NCBI RefSeq assembly: GCF_001194135.2
Contig: NC_068995.1
Coordinates: 8,718,957 to 8,775,457, forward strand
Reading direction: 5' to 3'
DNA length: 56,501 nt
Source of the DNA: Octopus bimaculoides
Taxonomy: Eukaryota
Both the position numbers and the translations under genes were made by a program. The notes under the pieces are model-generated. The model made no database searches. It was not told where the DNA came from and saw only the letters and a program-made list of their open reading frames with translations. This document shows, in pieces, positions 38,335 to 52,084 of this stretch; the first letter of the stretch is position 1; each line of letters starts with the position of its first letter.

Positions 38335-39190
38335 TTGAAAGCGGTGAGGTGTTAGAACCTTAAGTATGCCGGACAAAATGTCTCACGGTATTAGGCTCTG
38401 GGTTCAAGTTCTTTTATGTTCGGCCCCTCATTTTCATCAGTTCAGGGTCGATAAAATAAATTCCAGTTAAATACAGGGGTCGATGTAATTGACTTACCCA
38501 TCCCCTAAGATTCTTAAACTTGTGCCAAAATTTTAAACAATTGTTAATGCTTGATGTAAGCTGGTATGCAGGCGGAATGGTTAGGACGCCCGACAAAATG
38601 TTTAACTGCATTTCGACGACCGTTTTTAGTTCAAATTCCGTTGAGGTTGATTTTGCCTTTCATGCTTTCGGGGTCGATAGAATAAGTACCATTTGAATAT
38701 TCGGGTCAATATAATCGACCTCACACTCCCACACACAATATTTATTTTAAGGAGCTAAACATAGAGGGGACAAACCAGGACAGACAAAGGGATTAAGTCA
38801 ATCACATCGACCCCAGTGTGAGACTGGTACTTATTTAATTGACCCCGAAAGGATGAAACGCAAAGTCGACCTCGGCGGAATTCGAACTCAGAAGGTAACA
38901 GCAGACGAAATAACGCTAAGCGTTTCGCACGGCACGCTATTCTGCCAGTTGCCACACCCAATATTGATGGACTTGTAAGGCGTCGAGCTGGCAGAAATGT
39001 TAGCACGCCGGGCGAAATGCTTAGCGGTATTTCGGCTGTTTTTACGTTCCGAGTTCAAATTCCGCTGAGGTTGATTTTGCCTTTTGTCCTTTCGGAGTCG
39101 ACAAATTAAGTATAAATTGCGTACTGAGGTCGATCTAATTCACTGGCCACCTCCCCCAAAATTTCGAGCCTTGTGCCTAGAGTAGGAAAT
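38335..39190. mobile_element. Cluster of four family A SINEs in +,+,-,+ orientation
   Basis: Copies at about 38335-38535 (+), 38560-38710 (+), 38745-38950 (-) and 38975-39190 (+), all with the gttcaaattcc/cctttcggggtcgat core or its complement. Confidence 0.8.
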
Positions 39191-40224
39191 AATATTGATG
39201 GTCTTGTACCAAAAATTCGAACCATAACTAATATTTATACTCCAGCGTCAAATTTGCACGTACTTTATCGACCCTCAGATTGTATATTTGTATGTGCATG
39301 TTTATACATAGCAGAACATAAGGCCACATAGAATGGCTCCAGTCGCACCGGAATGTGGCTATGTATTCTAGGCCTAGACAAACAATCTTTGCGGCTCCTG
39401 TTGCTGCTGTACTTATGTAACTCTAAATCACCAATCTCTAATAGATGTATATTATAAATCAATTATGCTGTAAAATCACGTTTTGATGAAACCCAGTTGA
39501 TAAAATGACTTTTCTAACAATTACGTTCTTCCTTCTTTGCAAGATTTTCGGATCTGCCGAGTGGGCAAAACTCTGCACCAAAGCTCAAAGCAGTTAGAAT
39601 TCCAATGATATCCGGAAGAAAATCGTTTCATAGTAGGAAACGATAGGCGAAGACAATAGTGACAGATAGTAGTTATGTCTAGCAGATTGTACGACCAGGT
39701 ACTTCTGTACTTTTGTACGACCAGGTACATCTGAACTCGGTGCTCCGTAATTCCATAAAGACTCAACTAATGAACGGAAAATAACTCAATGACCTATCGC
39801 AAACTCTCACCTAAAAGATTAATTTTGGTTTGTCCGTCTAGATATTTAAACATGAGTATATTTCTTACGCATAAATATATATACGCACACACGCACAGAC
39901 ACACACACACATACATATATATATGTATGTATACAAACGTACACACAGATACACACATACATACATATATGTATAGAAGCGAACATACTTGTACGTATAA
40001 TATACTCAAGCTTACAAATGGATCTAAGTATACATGTACATGTTTGAGTGCGTGTGTGTATTTGTAATCGTGTTTATACATTTGTACAGCTGTATGTATT
40101 ATGTATGTATACGTGTATACATACAGATCTATAGATAAATGTAAGAAAGCACATATGTGTGTGTGAACGTATGTATGTGTGTGCGTGTGAGTGTGCATAT
40201 ATCTGTATTACGTATGTGTATGTT

Positions 40225-40273
<49 letters not shown>

Positions 40274-40510
40274 NNNNNNNNNNNNNNNNNNNNNNNNNNN
40301 NNNNNNNNNNNNNNNNNNNNNNNNNNNNNNNNNNNNNNNNNNNNNNNNNNNNNNNNNNNNNNNNNNNNNNNNNNNNNNNNNNNNNNNNNNNNNNNNNNNN
40401 NNNNNNNNNNNNNNNNNNNNNNNNNNNNNNNNNNNNNNNNNNNNNNNNNNNNNNNNNNNNNNNNNNNNNNNNNNNNNNNNNNNNNNNNNNNNNNNNNNNN
40501 NNNNNNNNNN

Positions 40511-40545
<35 letters not shown>

Positions 40546-42031
40546 GTACATATATCTGTGACTACGCAAGCATGTGTGCTTGCTTGCGTGTGTGAGTATG
40601 TGCATATGGGTGTGCTTGTCAATGTGTGTGTGTGTGTATGTGTAGACTACTTTCAACAGGATGTAGAATAGAGGTCAATTCGAGTGAAAGAATAGGCTGT
40701 TTTAAATATGGAGGTGGTTACTAACTGAGTCACAGTATAGCCAAATGTTTAGGAAACCTTTACTGCAATTGCGAAGTCGTAGTTCGAATCCACTGTGTCA
40801 CATAAACAGCAATATTCTGTCTTCTTTATATATACATTTATATAATTTCAGGTCGACCGTAAAGAAACCTGGCAGGTGGAGTGGAACTGTAATTCCAAAG
40901 ATACAAACCTGTCGCGTACTCAGTCACGCTGAATCGGCAAGAAAATTGTATTAAGATTACGGCTAATTTAACCAGTTAAAAGTTAATTCAGCAGAAGATA
41001 ATTCAGTTGATGCAAGAACCGAATCGCATTGTCGAATGACGGATATTCAACATAAAAGGTCTAGCAAAGAGATGGAATGGAAGATTTTTAAAATCCTGTC
41101 ATAGAGAGCTCAACAAATTTAGTTCCCGGACTCTACGGTATTGGCCTTATTACCGTAAACGCCACCATTTGCTCGTATCCTTTCGCATTCGAGAAATATC
41201 TAAACAAAATTCATGTACACTGGATCAATTCTTCTACCTACCTTCTTGCTGTCTTCTCTCTCTCTCTCTTTCTCTACGTCTCTCTTTCTCTCTCACATGC
41301 AAATTATCTATCTATCTATCTTTATATTGCGCATCCCCTTTGCTCTGGATTGGGCCTTGCGCAAATGGTAAATGAATTTAAGGAATATTCACCCATTTGC
41401 TCCATAATCTAATGAATGGTAAAGTAGACAATCAACAAATTGAACACGCTTCGTCGAAAGCGACGAAGAATCCGCAACTCGCGTTACGGAGTCCTTTACT
41501 TTGAGATCTATTTATTCATTTGTTTGTCTATTTATGCGTGTATTTATTGTGCTGTGATATTCCATAATTTATAGTCAATAGAATTAGGGGTGTATATGAA
41601 TGTATATGCTGTGTGTGCAAACGAAGCATCACGCATCCACAAACGATATTAGACTTTCTGTCAGGTCATTGCCTTCTTGCTGTATTCCGATATAATTTGG
41701 TCTCAATACGTTTTCCAATCTCGATAATATACACTCAGACACAAAGATTAAAATCTTACTGAGCTCGTATTAAGGGTAGGAAGAGTAAAAGTCAATGTTT
41801 ATATACTCACACACAGACATATACATATATATGAATGCATGCATTTATGTAGTATTCAGTAGAGTAATGTCGTTAAAGTGTATACACATACATCCATACA
41901 TACATGCACACACACATATATATATACATACATACTCATACCCACATATATATATATATGTACATACACACTCATACCCACATATATATATACATACACG
42001 CACACACATAGCCACATACATATACATACAT

Positions 42032-42062
<31 letters not shown>

Positions 42063-42768
42063 CACAAACACACACACACACAATGGGTTTGCCAGAATTT
42101 ATCTGACAGTAAATCAAAACTATTTAATTCCAAGAATAAACATAAAACTAAATTGTTCTATATGAGACTTCTCTAATAAATACACAAACGTTGGGGAAAA
42201 AAACCGTGATTTTAACTCAGAGCTTTCAATTATTAAACATTCATTATTGGAATGAGTAAATAAAATTGAATATTAATTAGGGAATTTTTATTTACTGTCG
42301 GGTGACTTTTGGCCAAACCTGTTTATGAGATAAGGAGGGAACAAGCAATCATAAAACTTTGTGTTAGATGTTGATGACCATAAGAGGTGCTTCGGTAAAG
42401 CACATCAAAATACGTATAACACGTAGACACGAGAAAAATACAACACAAATAAAATCACTTTTTACAATGCTAAGTCAAATATGTAGATATATCAACCTAT
42501 CCATTTATCTATCTAAATCGCTCTCGCGTTCCCTCTCTCTCTCTAATATATACACTTACATACATATGTTCCTATGTATCTATATGTATATATACACACA
42601 CACACAAACAGATAGATAGATGGATACAAATATATGTATACATATTACTGGTAGGTTCGTTTTGTTCGACTAAACTCTTCCAAGTGCCCCAAAGTGATTT
42701 TAGTTCAATGACTGAAACATGAAGAGATGTGTGCGTGTTTATACATGAATACACACACACACACACAG

Positions 42769-42801
<33 letters not shown>

Positions 42802-45239
42802 ACACATGTATATGATGATGCACGCTCACACTCACTCACATATATATATATATATATATATACGCACAAACATACGTGTGTATGCGCGTGAGTGTATATG
42901 TAACGATTAAGGAACAGAATGAAGAGATGAAGATTCGCATCAAACATTACAATTCCTTGTTTCTCCCAAGAACTTGTTCTCTCCTCCTCTTAAAATGTAT
43001 TTCGAAATTCCAAGATACTTCAGAACAAGGAACCACGTCGTGCTAGACAACCGTTATATCTATTTAAAAGGGGACACTTTTTAAGGAGTGGGGAGAAAAT
43101 ATGAGAGAAAAATCAGTTTAGCATTACGCATACATATGTTTTAAAGTCTAGCTCCCTTGGTGGCAGCGGCAATCACTGGTATCTTGCAGAGCAGCAAATT
43201 TTTAAATATTTGCAAGCTAATCATTTCATTAGAGCATTTAAATTTACATACCAGAGAAATGTTAAAATCCAACAAATTCTTGAACCATTTTATCTTCTAA
43301 CATATTCTCTATCTGACAGGAATATGTATGTTATGGCTGTAAATTTTGACGTATAAAGATTGTTTTTTATTCAGACATTGTGGATAAGTGAAGTTATTAA
43401 ATGAAAAAAAGTATAAAGATGAAATAAAACTATTCTTAGTTAATTATTATCCGTTGAAGTATATTTGATATACTAAGAAATGACTGATTAAACGATATTT
43501 AAGTGTACGTAGGTGTGTGTGTGTGCGTGTATATATGTATATATATATACACACACACGCGTGTGTGTATCTGTATGGTAAATTTCTGAAGTATATGTTT
43601 CATACACAACAGCGCACAGTTCCTAGATAATGAATGAGCAAAGAGGGGAAAAGAACAAGGAGAAATGTTAGAATCTAGAGCAGCGTTGTCATTGAAGCTT
43701 GAGGAAGTCTGTGGTTATCATTGAGTGACAGACACGGAAGAAAGCCAGTCTATATATCTTACATTGTTTAACAAAGTAAATCACCAGACACCAATGGAGA
43801 TACTACTTCGTCGGTAGCAATAACCTCCTGTTCACGAAACCTATTAAACTTTCTTATATTTTATCTGTATCCCTATCTCTCTCTTTCATTTCCTGTCTAT
43901 GACTATCTTATCTCTCTCTCTCTCCCTCTCCCTCCCTCTCTCCCTCCCTCTCTCTCTCTCCCTCTCCCTCCCTCTCTCTCTCTATGTGCTATATCTAATG
44001 TCGGGTACGGTCATGTAAAATCCTTGCGTATGACCGAAGGTTCATATTTTCATTCTTGGGTAACATACAGCAGTGGTTTCCCGTTGCTTTTTGCCGATAA
44101 ATTTACAATTACTAGCAAACCGACAGACTCCGAGAATCTAACTCCTTTCTTTCCACCGCAGGCGCAGGACCTGCATATCCTATAAATACAAATAATGATT
44201 GATTCCGTATAAGGAGATGTTCAAACGCTTGTGACCTTGTGACATACGTCCAGGGCCCAGCTTTAATCCAAGTTGTCCGCTGTTTGATCAGTGACTGGTT
44301 GTGTAACCCTGGACGTATTATCGACAGTCCAAATCATACAAGACGTATTATTGACAAAGTGGTAAATTCATTTGTATGTTTGTATGTGTGTGTATGCATG
44401 TGAGTGAGTGAGTGAGTGGGTGTGTGTGTTTTACATTCTGTGTATTTAGTGCTTTGCACATTTTATAATGAATGAGTTGCAATTAACACTTCTTTTGTTC
44501 TATACGCGATACTGTGAAATGTAGATTTTGCTTATTCTCATAATATTTCGCATTTTGTACATTTAATGCTTGGCTCTTACTTCCAGAATGGGATTCTAAC
44601 AATAAAACCTGGGTGCTTCGCAGGAATAAAATATACTTTCACGTTATAAACATTAAATAAATGATTATGACTTAGCCATTGGAGGAAACACAGTATACAA
44701 GATTTGTTTTTTGTCTTTAAGGTTATAAGGCTTGGAGCATTCGTTGGAATATACATGCGTATTATCTACTCTAAATAAACATTTATAGCTTAGCCATAGG
44801 AGGAAGAGAGATTTCTTGTTGTTTTTAATACTGGTTGTTAGATCGCAGATATTTCAACTCGTAAGTTTCTGAAGCAGGAAGCTATTCAAGCAGAGATCGA
44901 GTTGCCTTAGACAGAAGACTTAGTCTGACGCTTCATCATTGACTGGACTGCATTAATGTTATTTAGGACTAAGGTTTTAATGTTAAAAATGGTCGATAAA
45001 TAAAGTGTACAGGGCATGGTTAATTGTTTAATGAGCTCGCTTGGAAGCAGCCTGGCTTCAGGTTCAATTCCACCGTGTGGTAGCTAGGATAATTGAGTTG
45101 AATTTTAATTCCCTGAACGACTTATGCCTTGTTAGTTAAGTTAGTAGACGGAAAATGTTTGGAATCTCGTCATTTAGATGCATACATACATCTATGTTTG
45201 CTTTTGTTTATGTATACACTCCCCATTGCCTGACAACTG

Positions 45240-45400
45240 CTATTGCTTTGTTTACATATCTGTCACTTAGTTGTGATCGATAGTGATCGATAGAATACCG
45301 GACTTTAAAAAAGCAAAAAAAAAAAAGAAAAAAAAACTGAGAGTCTAATGTTAAATATTTCAAGATGGTGCTCCCGCATGGTCGCAGTCCAAAGACAAAC
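45240..45400 (+). mobile_element. SINE family B 3' fragment, degenerate
   Basis: cacttag...gatagaatac...gatggtgctcccgcatggtcgcagtc. Confidence 0.55.
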
Positions 45401-46785
45401 AAATAAAAGGTAGATGAAGGGGAATTTTTTGATTACTTACTCTTCAACAAGAGTTCTACGAAAGTCAACGATATACATAGAGAAGAATATTGCTAATCCT
45501 GTTTTAGTGAATAGTACAAGCAATCCGTCTTATTTTTATATCATTCTTAGGACATCGGTTATTCATCTGGCAAAAATCATAGTATGATAAGATTAAATTC
45601 ATTAGAGTAATTAATTCTAATTCTTTATCTCCCGAATCTGAATCCTTCTGGGACTGACATATCTTTTCATCTCCTGACCATTCCCGGAAATCGATCGCCT
45701 GGCGATGATTCAAGGAACTAAATCCCTAACTTAAAAATCTGTGAAAGATTGCCAACAAAAATCAATGGTATATGTGACTATACATTGTACGACAACTTCA
45801 ATGCAACATTCAATAAAAGTTGTTACTTATGTGTGTATATCTTTACAACAACTATTGTATTTCTAATAGCAGCGATTTCACAATCATGTTTGTGATAATT
45901 AATATAAACCGTTCGCAGCTTCGATGAAAAGCGTTTTTCTTTTTATCTGAAGCAAAATTCGCTTGTTTTACTTTGACAAATGCAACAGGAAAACTGGCGA
46001 AAATGGAGGACATACATAGCTACAACCTCTGCATGTGATCTCAAATAACTGATTTACACTTTACACTTAAAAGCATTCGTGTCGATTGCCAACGTGAGCC
46101 TTTCGGTAAACACATTCCGCTGGGTCGACATATCCTTTTACGGATTCTGTCTCAATGTTACGTTGTTCATATGTTGTCCTTCGTATAGCCACTAAGTCCC
46201 TTTTCATGCCTCCTAGACATGCGGGAGGACGTATAGCAAAGATCTGAGGTCTGAACTTTGTTACTACACAGTCACATATACACTCACGCAAACACACATC
46301 GAGGTCGGCTTTGAATTTCATTCTCCGAGTTCGATAAAAAAAAAAAATTAAAAAAAATTTTTAATCAGTTGATCACTGTGGTACATGTAATCGCCTTTAA
46401 ACCCTCCTCCGCAATTGCTAGCTTTGTGCCAAAATTCGAAACCGATATTTATACAAATTAAATAATTTCGAAAACCGTCCGTTTGCTCACTAACCGATAT
46501 GCACCGTACATTGCAGGATATTGGACATATTTTCCAAATGATGATGTTGAAGGAATCTACTAATCTTCATCTGAAGACAGTTCTATTGACCTTCGGAACA
46601 TTGTCGTAAATGAAAATTATAATTAATTCGCACAGATAAATATGCAGCGGTGAGAGGATCACCTGTAGAAATTAGCATTAGTTTTTGGTAATTATAGATT
46701 TCTAGAATCTGCGTAAGAAACTGCGTAGTCGATTAACTAGATTGTTGGATGGCCGGATAGATAGATAGATATAGACAGCCAGCTA

Positions 46786-46821
<36 letters not shown>

Positions 46822-46828
46822 TAGATAG

Positions 46829-46877
<49 letters not shown>

Positions 46878-46905
46878 GAGAGAGACAGACAGCTAGCTAT
46901 GTATA

Positions 46906-46947
<42 letters not shown>

Positions 46948-47597
46948 CAGAGAGAGAGAGGAGGGACAGACATCTATGCAAGAGTTTAGGTGTATATATG
47001 TGTGTGTGTGTGACTGTGTGAATATGTAGTTAAACAATAATTTATTAACTTAGCTTATAGAAAATAATTATATTAGAAATATATAACTAAGTTTATATGG
47101 CTGCAAGTGGCATGGTGAGATTTAAACAAATCTATATGCAAAATCGATTTAAAATCTGTCAAATCAGCAAACAACATACTTAAGGTCCTTTCAAAAAGAA
47201 TTGAATAATTTAATGCGTTTGTTCTTTAAGAGAAAACATATCCACGAAGGCACATGAGAGAGGGTGGGGGGGAATACAGATGTAGACAGAAATAAGATAA
47301 TCGTGCAGAAAAGAGTAGATATTGTGANNNNNNNNNNNNNNNNNNNNNNNNNNNNNNNNNNNNNNNNNNNNNNNNNNNNNNNNNNNNNNNNNNNNNNNNN
47401 NNNNNNNNNNNNNNNNNNNNATATATATATATATATACAGAGAGAGAGAGGAGGGACAGACATCTATGCAAGAGTTTAGGTGTATATATGTGTGTGTGTG
47501 TGAGTGTGTACTTCGTTTTTGGATTTGAGTTGCAAAATTCTTTATGTGAGTTCGTGTATTGAAGCATACTTTGTTGTCTGTGGGGAGTCTTTGTCTT

Positions 47598-47696
47598 TTA
47601 TTATTTAACACATTCACCGGTAATGTTTACACTAATTTATTTATTTATCCTAAGGAAATGAGTGGAAAGTTTACCGGTGAGTGTGTCAAATAATAA
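47598..47696. repeat. 26-bp inverted repeat (2 mismatches) with a 47-nt spacer
   Basis: TTATTATTTAACACATTCACCGGTAA (47598-47623) versus TTACCGGTGAGTGTGTCAAATAATAA (47671-47696). Confidence 0.9.
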
Positions 47697-47740
47697 GTCA
47701 CTAAAAGTGAATGGCTCTTCCCAGACTCCACAATATATGT

Positions 47741-47810
47741 ATGTGGAAGACGGAGAAAGAAAGTCGACAACGATACACACATTGGCGATCTTCTTTCTCC
47801 GTCTTCCCAT
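47741..47810. ncRNA. Pre-miRNA-sized hairpin (candidate only)
   Basis: Perfect 17-bp stem GGAAGACGGAGAAAGAA (47745-47761)/TTCTTTCTCCGTCTTCC (47791-47807), extendable on both sides with bulges, and a loop of about 11 nt. Confidence 0.3.
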
Positions 47811-48499
47811 CTTTGGACTTTTTCTATATTTCTAATGAAGAGCTTCGCTCGAAATGCGAAATTATTTTTATTTTCTTTCCTTTCCTTGGATTTCGAACCT
47901 TGGACCTAACCATAAATCTAATGTCAAAGCAACCATTTAAACTAAAAGTTCATGACACAAATCGGCTGCCAAACTTCATTAATAATTATAGTAAAATAAT
48001 TAAATAGTCAAACCAAAAAAAAAATCTAGTTTGTTTTAAACTTACACAAACCTGCTTCATACAAGCATACCGAGTAACCATTAGACAAAATTTACAGTTA
48101 GTTGTCTCAGACAAAAATTTGGCTACCTGAAAAATTAATTCATGCACCCTCGAGCTATTTAAACAAATTTTCAACATTTTTTTCATTTAACAGAAAATAG
48201 TTAGCAAAGTTACTACAAAACCTGCCAGAAAAGCAGGGTTCAAGATTCACATAAATATTATAAAAACGTAAGAGATTTTTGTACTCACCGAGATGTGACA
48301 GAAATTATTGTAAAGCTGACAAGCAAAAAGTTCTGGCGAATTCCTGGAGCGTAAAATATTCCATAAATGCCTAACACAAAGTGCGTCAACTTAACAAGCA
48401 ATCACAGTTTCTAGAATCCAACTGAACATCCTCTCACAGAAAAACTGTCACAAAAAAAAAATCTGGGTGTGCAATTATTTCTGCTTATAAATGTTTGCC

Positions 48500-49869
48500 A
48501 TGGACTTAGCCAAATTTTCACAGTTTGGCTTTTAACGACTGGCTTCCCACGTTTTGACAATGGACTTCATCCTGATTTTATAGTGCAGCATGAAAAACTG
48601 TCTGTGGCGTTCCTGTTGTACTCTTTCTCTCACCTTTCTTCCTGTTTTTTGAGTAAAGCTGTGATGAACTGGCGTCCCGACCAGCTGATGGGGGGAACAC
48701 ATACGCCATAGAATCCGGGAAATTGGGCCCATGAGCTTGGCTAGGCATTAAAAGGTCGAGCAACAGAAACAATATGAATATACTTGTGTGTTTGTGTTTG
48801 TCCCCTCACCATCACTTGGCAACCGATGTTGGTGTGTTTATGTCCCCGTAACTTGGCGGTCTGACAAAAGAGTTTCTTTTCTCACCTTTTCTCTCTTCTT
48901 TTTCTGTTTCTCTGGCGGAGAACTCATTCCTCCGCTCCTCCTCCTTTTCTTTTTAACTATAGTGAACCGCTTCTCCGCTTCTTTTTCTGTTTCTTTTTCT
49001 GTTGCCTTGTCCTGTGCTACCTGGTCCACACTCTCCTGTCTCTCCTCCTGTTCTGTTTGTGGCTTTCTTTGGGTGCACCATGCCTTCATGCGACCCCTTT
49101 CTCCACATGAGAAACACACTGGCGGCCTCCACAGTAACTCTCAGTCTCACATCTTCTGGCAGCACAATCTCATCCACCATACTATTCAAGTCCTCTGTTG
49201 TTGCCTGAATCGTTAGTTCGATCCCATATCCCCAGTAATCTAACTTCTGGGTCCATGTAGCCTTCAGTATCTTCCCGTCTTTCATATTATATATTATGGC
49301 TGTCATCAGCCATTCTTCTTTCAGTTCGGGTGGCACCTTACCCACTCGCACCTTGGCCACACGTTTGCCGCAGTACGAAGGCAAGAGCACCCATTTGTCT
49401 GTCCTTATTGCTTCTGTGGAGTGCTTTATTGCTTCCTCCTCCGTTGTGAAGCGTACTTCCACAGTGGCGTATCTTCTCCCTCTCGTAATATATATTGTGA
49501 ATCTTTTTATATTCTTAACACATTCTTCTATGGCCTCTATTGCTGCTATGTCTATTTTTCTCGTGACTGCCTTCATGGTTTTAAATATAACCGTTCTTTT
49601 TGTCACGTTGGCCGATAGCTCTTCAGGCGGTGTCAAATTCAAAATGTGTCCTTCCTTTGTGATGAATTTCTGTCTCTCCTTCATCTTTCTAGGTTCCACT
49701 TTTATCTCGCGGACCTCCAACTCTCGCGTGTCTACTCCTCTGCCCATTGCGGCTGCATAACGTGGGCCTGCCTCCCGTTCCTTCTCCATTTTCCCATAAT
49801 GGGAAACCAAACAACAATTAACGAATCAACAACGGCAACAATTCAATGAACAGTTCAACATAGACTCAC
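48500..49869 (-). mobile_element. Tx1/L1-clade LINE 5' region: ORF1 with a zinc knuckle, frameshifted; no adjacent ORF2
   Basis: In-frame ATG at 49789 (MEKEREAGPRYAAAM). About 220 open codons with an RRM-like RYATVEVRFTTEEEA, a frameshift at about 49125 in the VEG(R) motif, then CFSCGERGRMKAWC (CX2CX4HX4C with H to R) and a basic, charged tail. Confidence 0.8.
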
Positions 49870-50726
49870 NNNNNNNNNNNNNNNNNNNNNNNNNNNNNNN
49901 NNNNNNNNNNNNNNNNNNNNNNNNNNNNNNNNNNNNNNNNNNNNNNNNNNNNNNNNNNNNNNNNNNNNNNNNNNNNNNNNNNNNNNNNNNNNNNNNNNNN
50001 NNNNNNNNNNNNNNNNNNNNNNNNNNNNNNNNNNNNNNNNNNNNNNNNNNNNNNNNNNNNNNNNNNNNNNNNNNNNNNNNNNNNNNNNNNNNNNNNNNNN
50101 NNNNNNNNNNNNNNNNNNNNNNNNNNNNNNNNNNNNNNNNNNNNNNNNNNNNNNNNNNNNNNNNNNNNNNNNNNNNNNNNNNNNNNNNNNNNNNNNNNNN
50201 NNNNNNNNNNNNNNNNNNNNNNNNNNNNNNNNNNNNNNNNNNNNNNNNNNNNNNNNNNNNNNNNNNNNNNNNNNNNNNNNNNNNNNNNNNNNNNNNNNNN
50301 NNNNNNNNNNNNNNNNNNNNNNNNNNNNNNNNNNNNNNNNNNNNNNNNNNNNNNNNNNNNNNNNNNNNNNNNNNNNNNNNNNNNNNNNNNNNNNNNNNNN
50401 NNNNNNNNNNNNNNNNNNNNNNNNNNNNNNNNNNNNNNNNNNNNNNNNNNNNNNNNNNNNNNNNNNNNNNNNNNNNNNNNNNNNNNNNNNNNNNNNNNNN
50501 NNNNNNNNNNNNNNNNNNNNNNNNNNNNNNNNNNNNNNNNNNNNNNNNNNNNNNNNNNNNNNNNNNNNNNNNNNNNNNNNNNNNNNNNNNNNNNNNNNNN
50601 NNNNNNNNNNNNNNNNNNNNNNNNNNNNNNNNNNNNNNNNNNNNNNNNNNNNNNNNNNNNNNNNNNNNNNNNNNNATATGTATATACATATATATATATA
50701 CATATAAAATATACGTGTATACATAC

Positions 50727-50771
<45 letters not shown>

Positions 50772-51496
50772 CAGCGGTTGTGGTGGGGAAATGGAGGGAA
50801 CGCTACATGTGTATGTACGCATTGGTGTATATGTTATGAATTCTTGCTGTCTGTGATTGTGGCAGCGGCTGTACACCAATATAATGGTGAGCTTCCGTAT
50901 ATGGTGAGAGTATGTATATGAATGTGTATGCATGTATATGTGTGTATGTATATGTGTGTTGTGAATTTGTGTGTGAGTGTGTGTGTGTGTGTGTGCGTCT
51001 ATGAGACTTATTTCATTTCATTTTATTTTTTTTAAATTGTAGTTTTAGTTTATTGTTCCTTCAACTGCATTGGAATTAACTTATAGCGCCGGCGGCAGAA
51101 ATGGCTGATAATAGCCCAATGTGTGTGTGTGTATGTGTGTGTGTGTGTGTAGTTACTATCTGTTTTGTCTTCGTTATTTGTTCCCTGCTATCTGCATTCA
51201 TCTGTGGTGTCTCCATTATTAGTTGTTCTGTGTAGGCATTCACGGGTTTGCAAATACGCCCGATGTCTGTCTGGCTGTCTGTCTGTGCCGATATGAGTTC
51301 TAGTGTCTGCAGAATTAATTCGGGCCTCTCATTCACTATTTTCTTCAGTCTATTACGTATTCTTTATGTTTTCGTTTTATCTATCTATCTCTCTATCTAT
51401 ATGTCTCCCTGTCTGTCTGTCTCCCTGTCTGTCTGTCTGTCTGTCTATCTATAGTAAAGACGGAGTTTGAACGCATAACTTAAAGACAGACAAAAT

Positions 51497-52030
51497 ACCT
51501 ATTTCTTTACTGCCCAGAAGGGGCTACACACAGAGGGCACAAACAAGGACAGACAAACGGATTAAGTCGATTATATCGACCCCAGTGCGTAACTGGTACT
51601 TAATGTATCGACCCCGAAAGGATGAAAGGCAAAGTCGACCTCGGCGGAATTTGAACTCAGAACGCAGTGGCAGACGAAATACCNNNNNNNNNNATGAAAG
51701 GCAAAGTCGACCTCGGCGGAATTTGAACTCAGAACGCAGTGGCAGACGAAATACCGCTAAGCGTTTCGTCCGGCGTGCTAACGTTTCTGCCAGCTCGCCG
51801 CATTTGCCAAAGATATATTCTTTTCCGTTCTAGGTACAAGGCCCGAAATTTTGTGCGAAAAGTCCAGTCGATTAGATCGATCGCAGTACGCAACTAGTAC
51901 TTAATTTATCGACCCCGAAAGGATAAAAGGCAAAGTCGATCTCGGCTGAATTTGAACTCAGAACATAAAGACAAACGAAATATCAATTTCTTTATTAGGC
52001 ATAAAGCCCCAAATACAGAAAGGGATACCA
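51497..52030 (-). mobile_element. Two adjacent family A SINEs; the first has a gap-associated duplication
   Basis: Cores at 51560-51800 and 51870-51985. Segment 51622-51683 is repeated after the 10-N gap. Confidence 0.85.
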
Positions 52031-52084
52031 CAAGGACAGACAAAACCACAGTTGGGACAAAAAACATAAAACGAATGTAAATGA

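Noticed and set aside
7165-39190. tRNA genes suggested by A and B boxes
   Set aside because: All are SINE heads without a complete cloverleaf or acceptor stem.
41449-41468. 8-bp perfect hairpin CTTCGTCG-AAAG-CGACGAAG, a possible Helitron 3' hairpin
   Set aside because: No CTRR terminus at the expected distance on either strand.
46572-46610. CTGAAGA...GGAAC possible hammerhead
   Set aside because: No stem II or stem I pairing, and the GAAA is altered.
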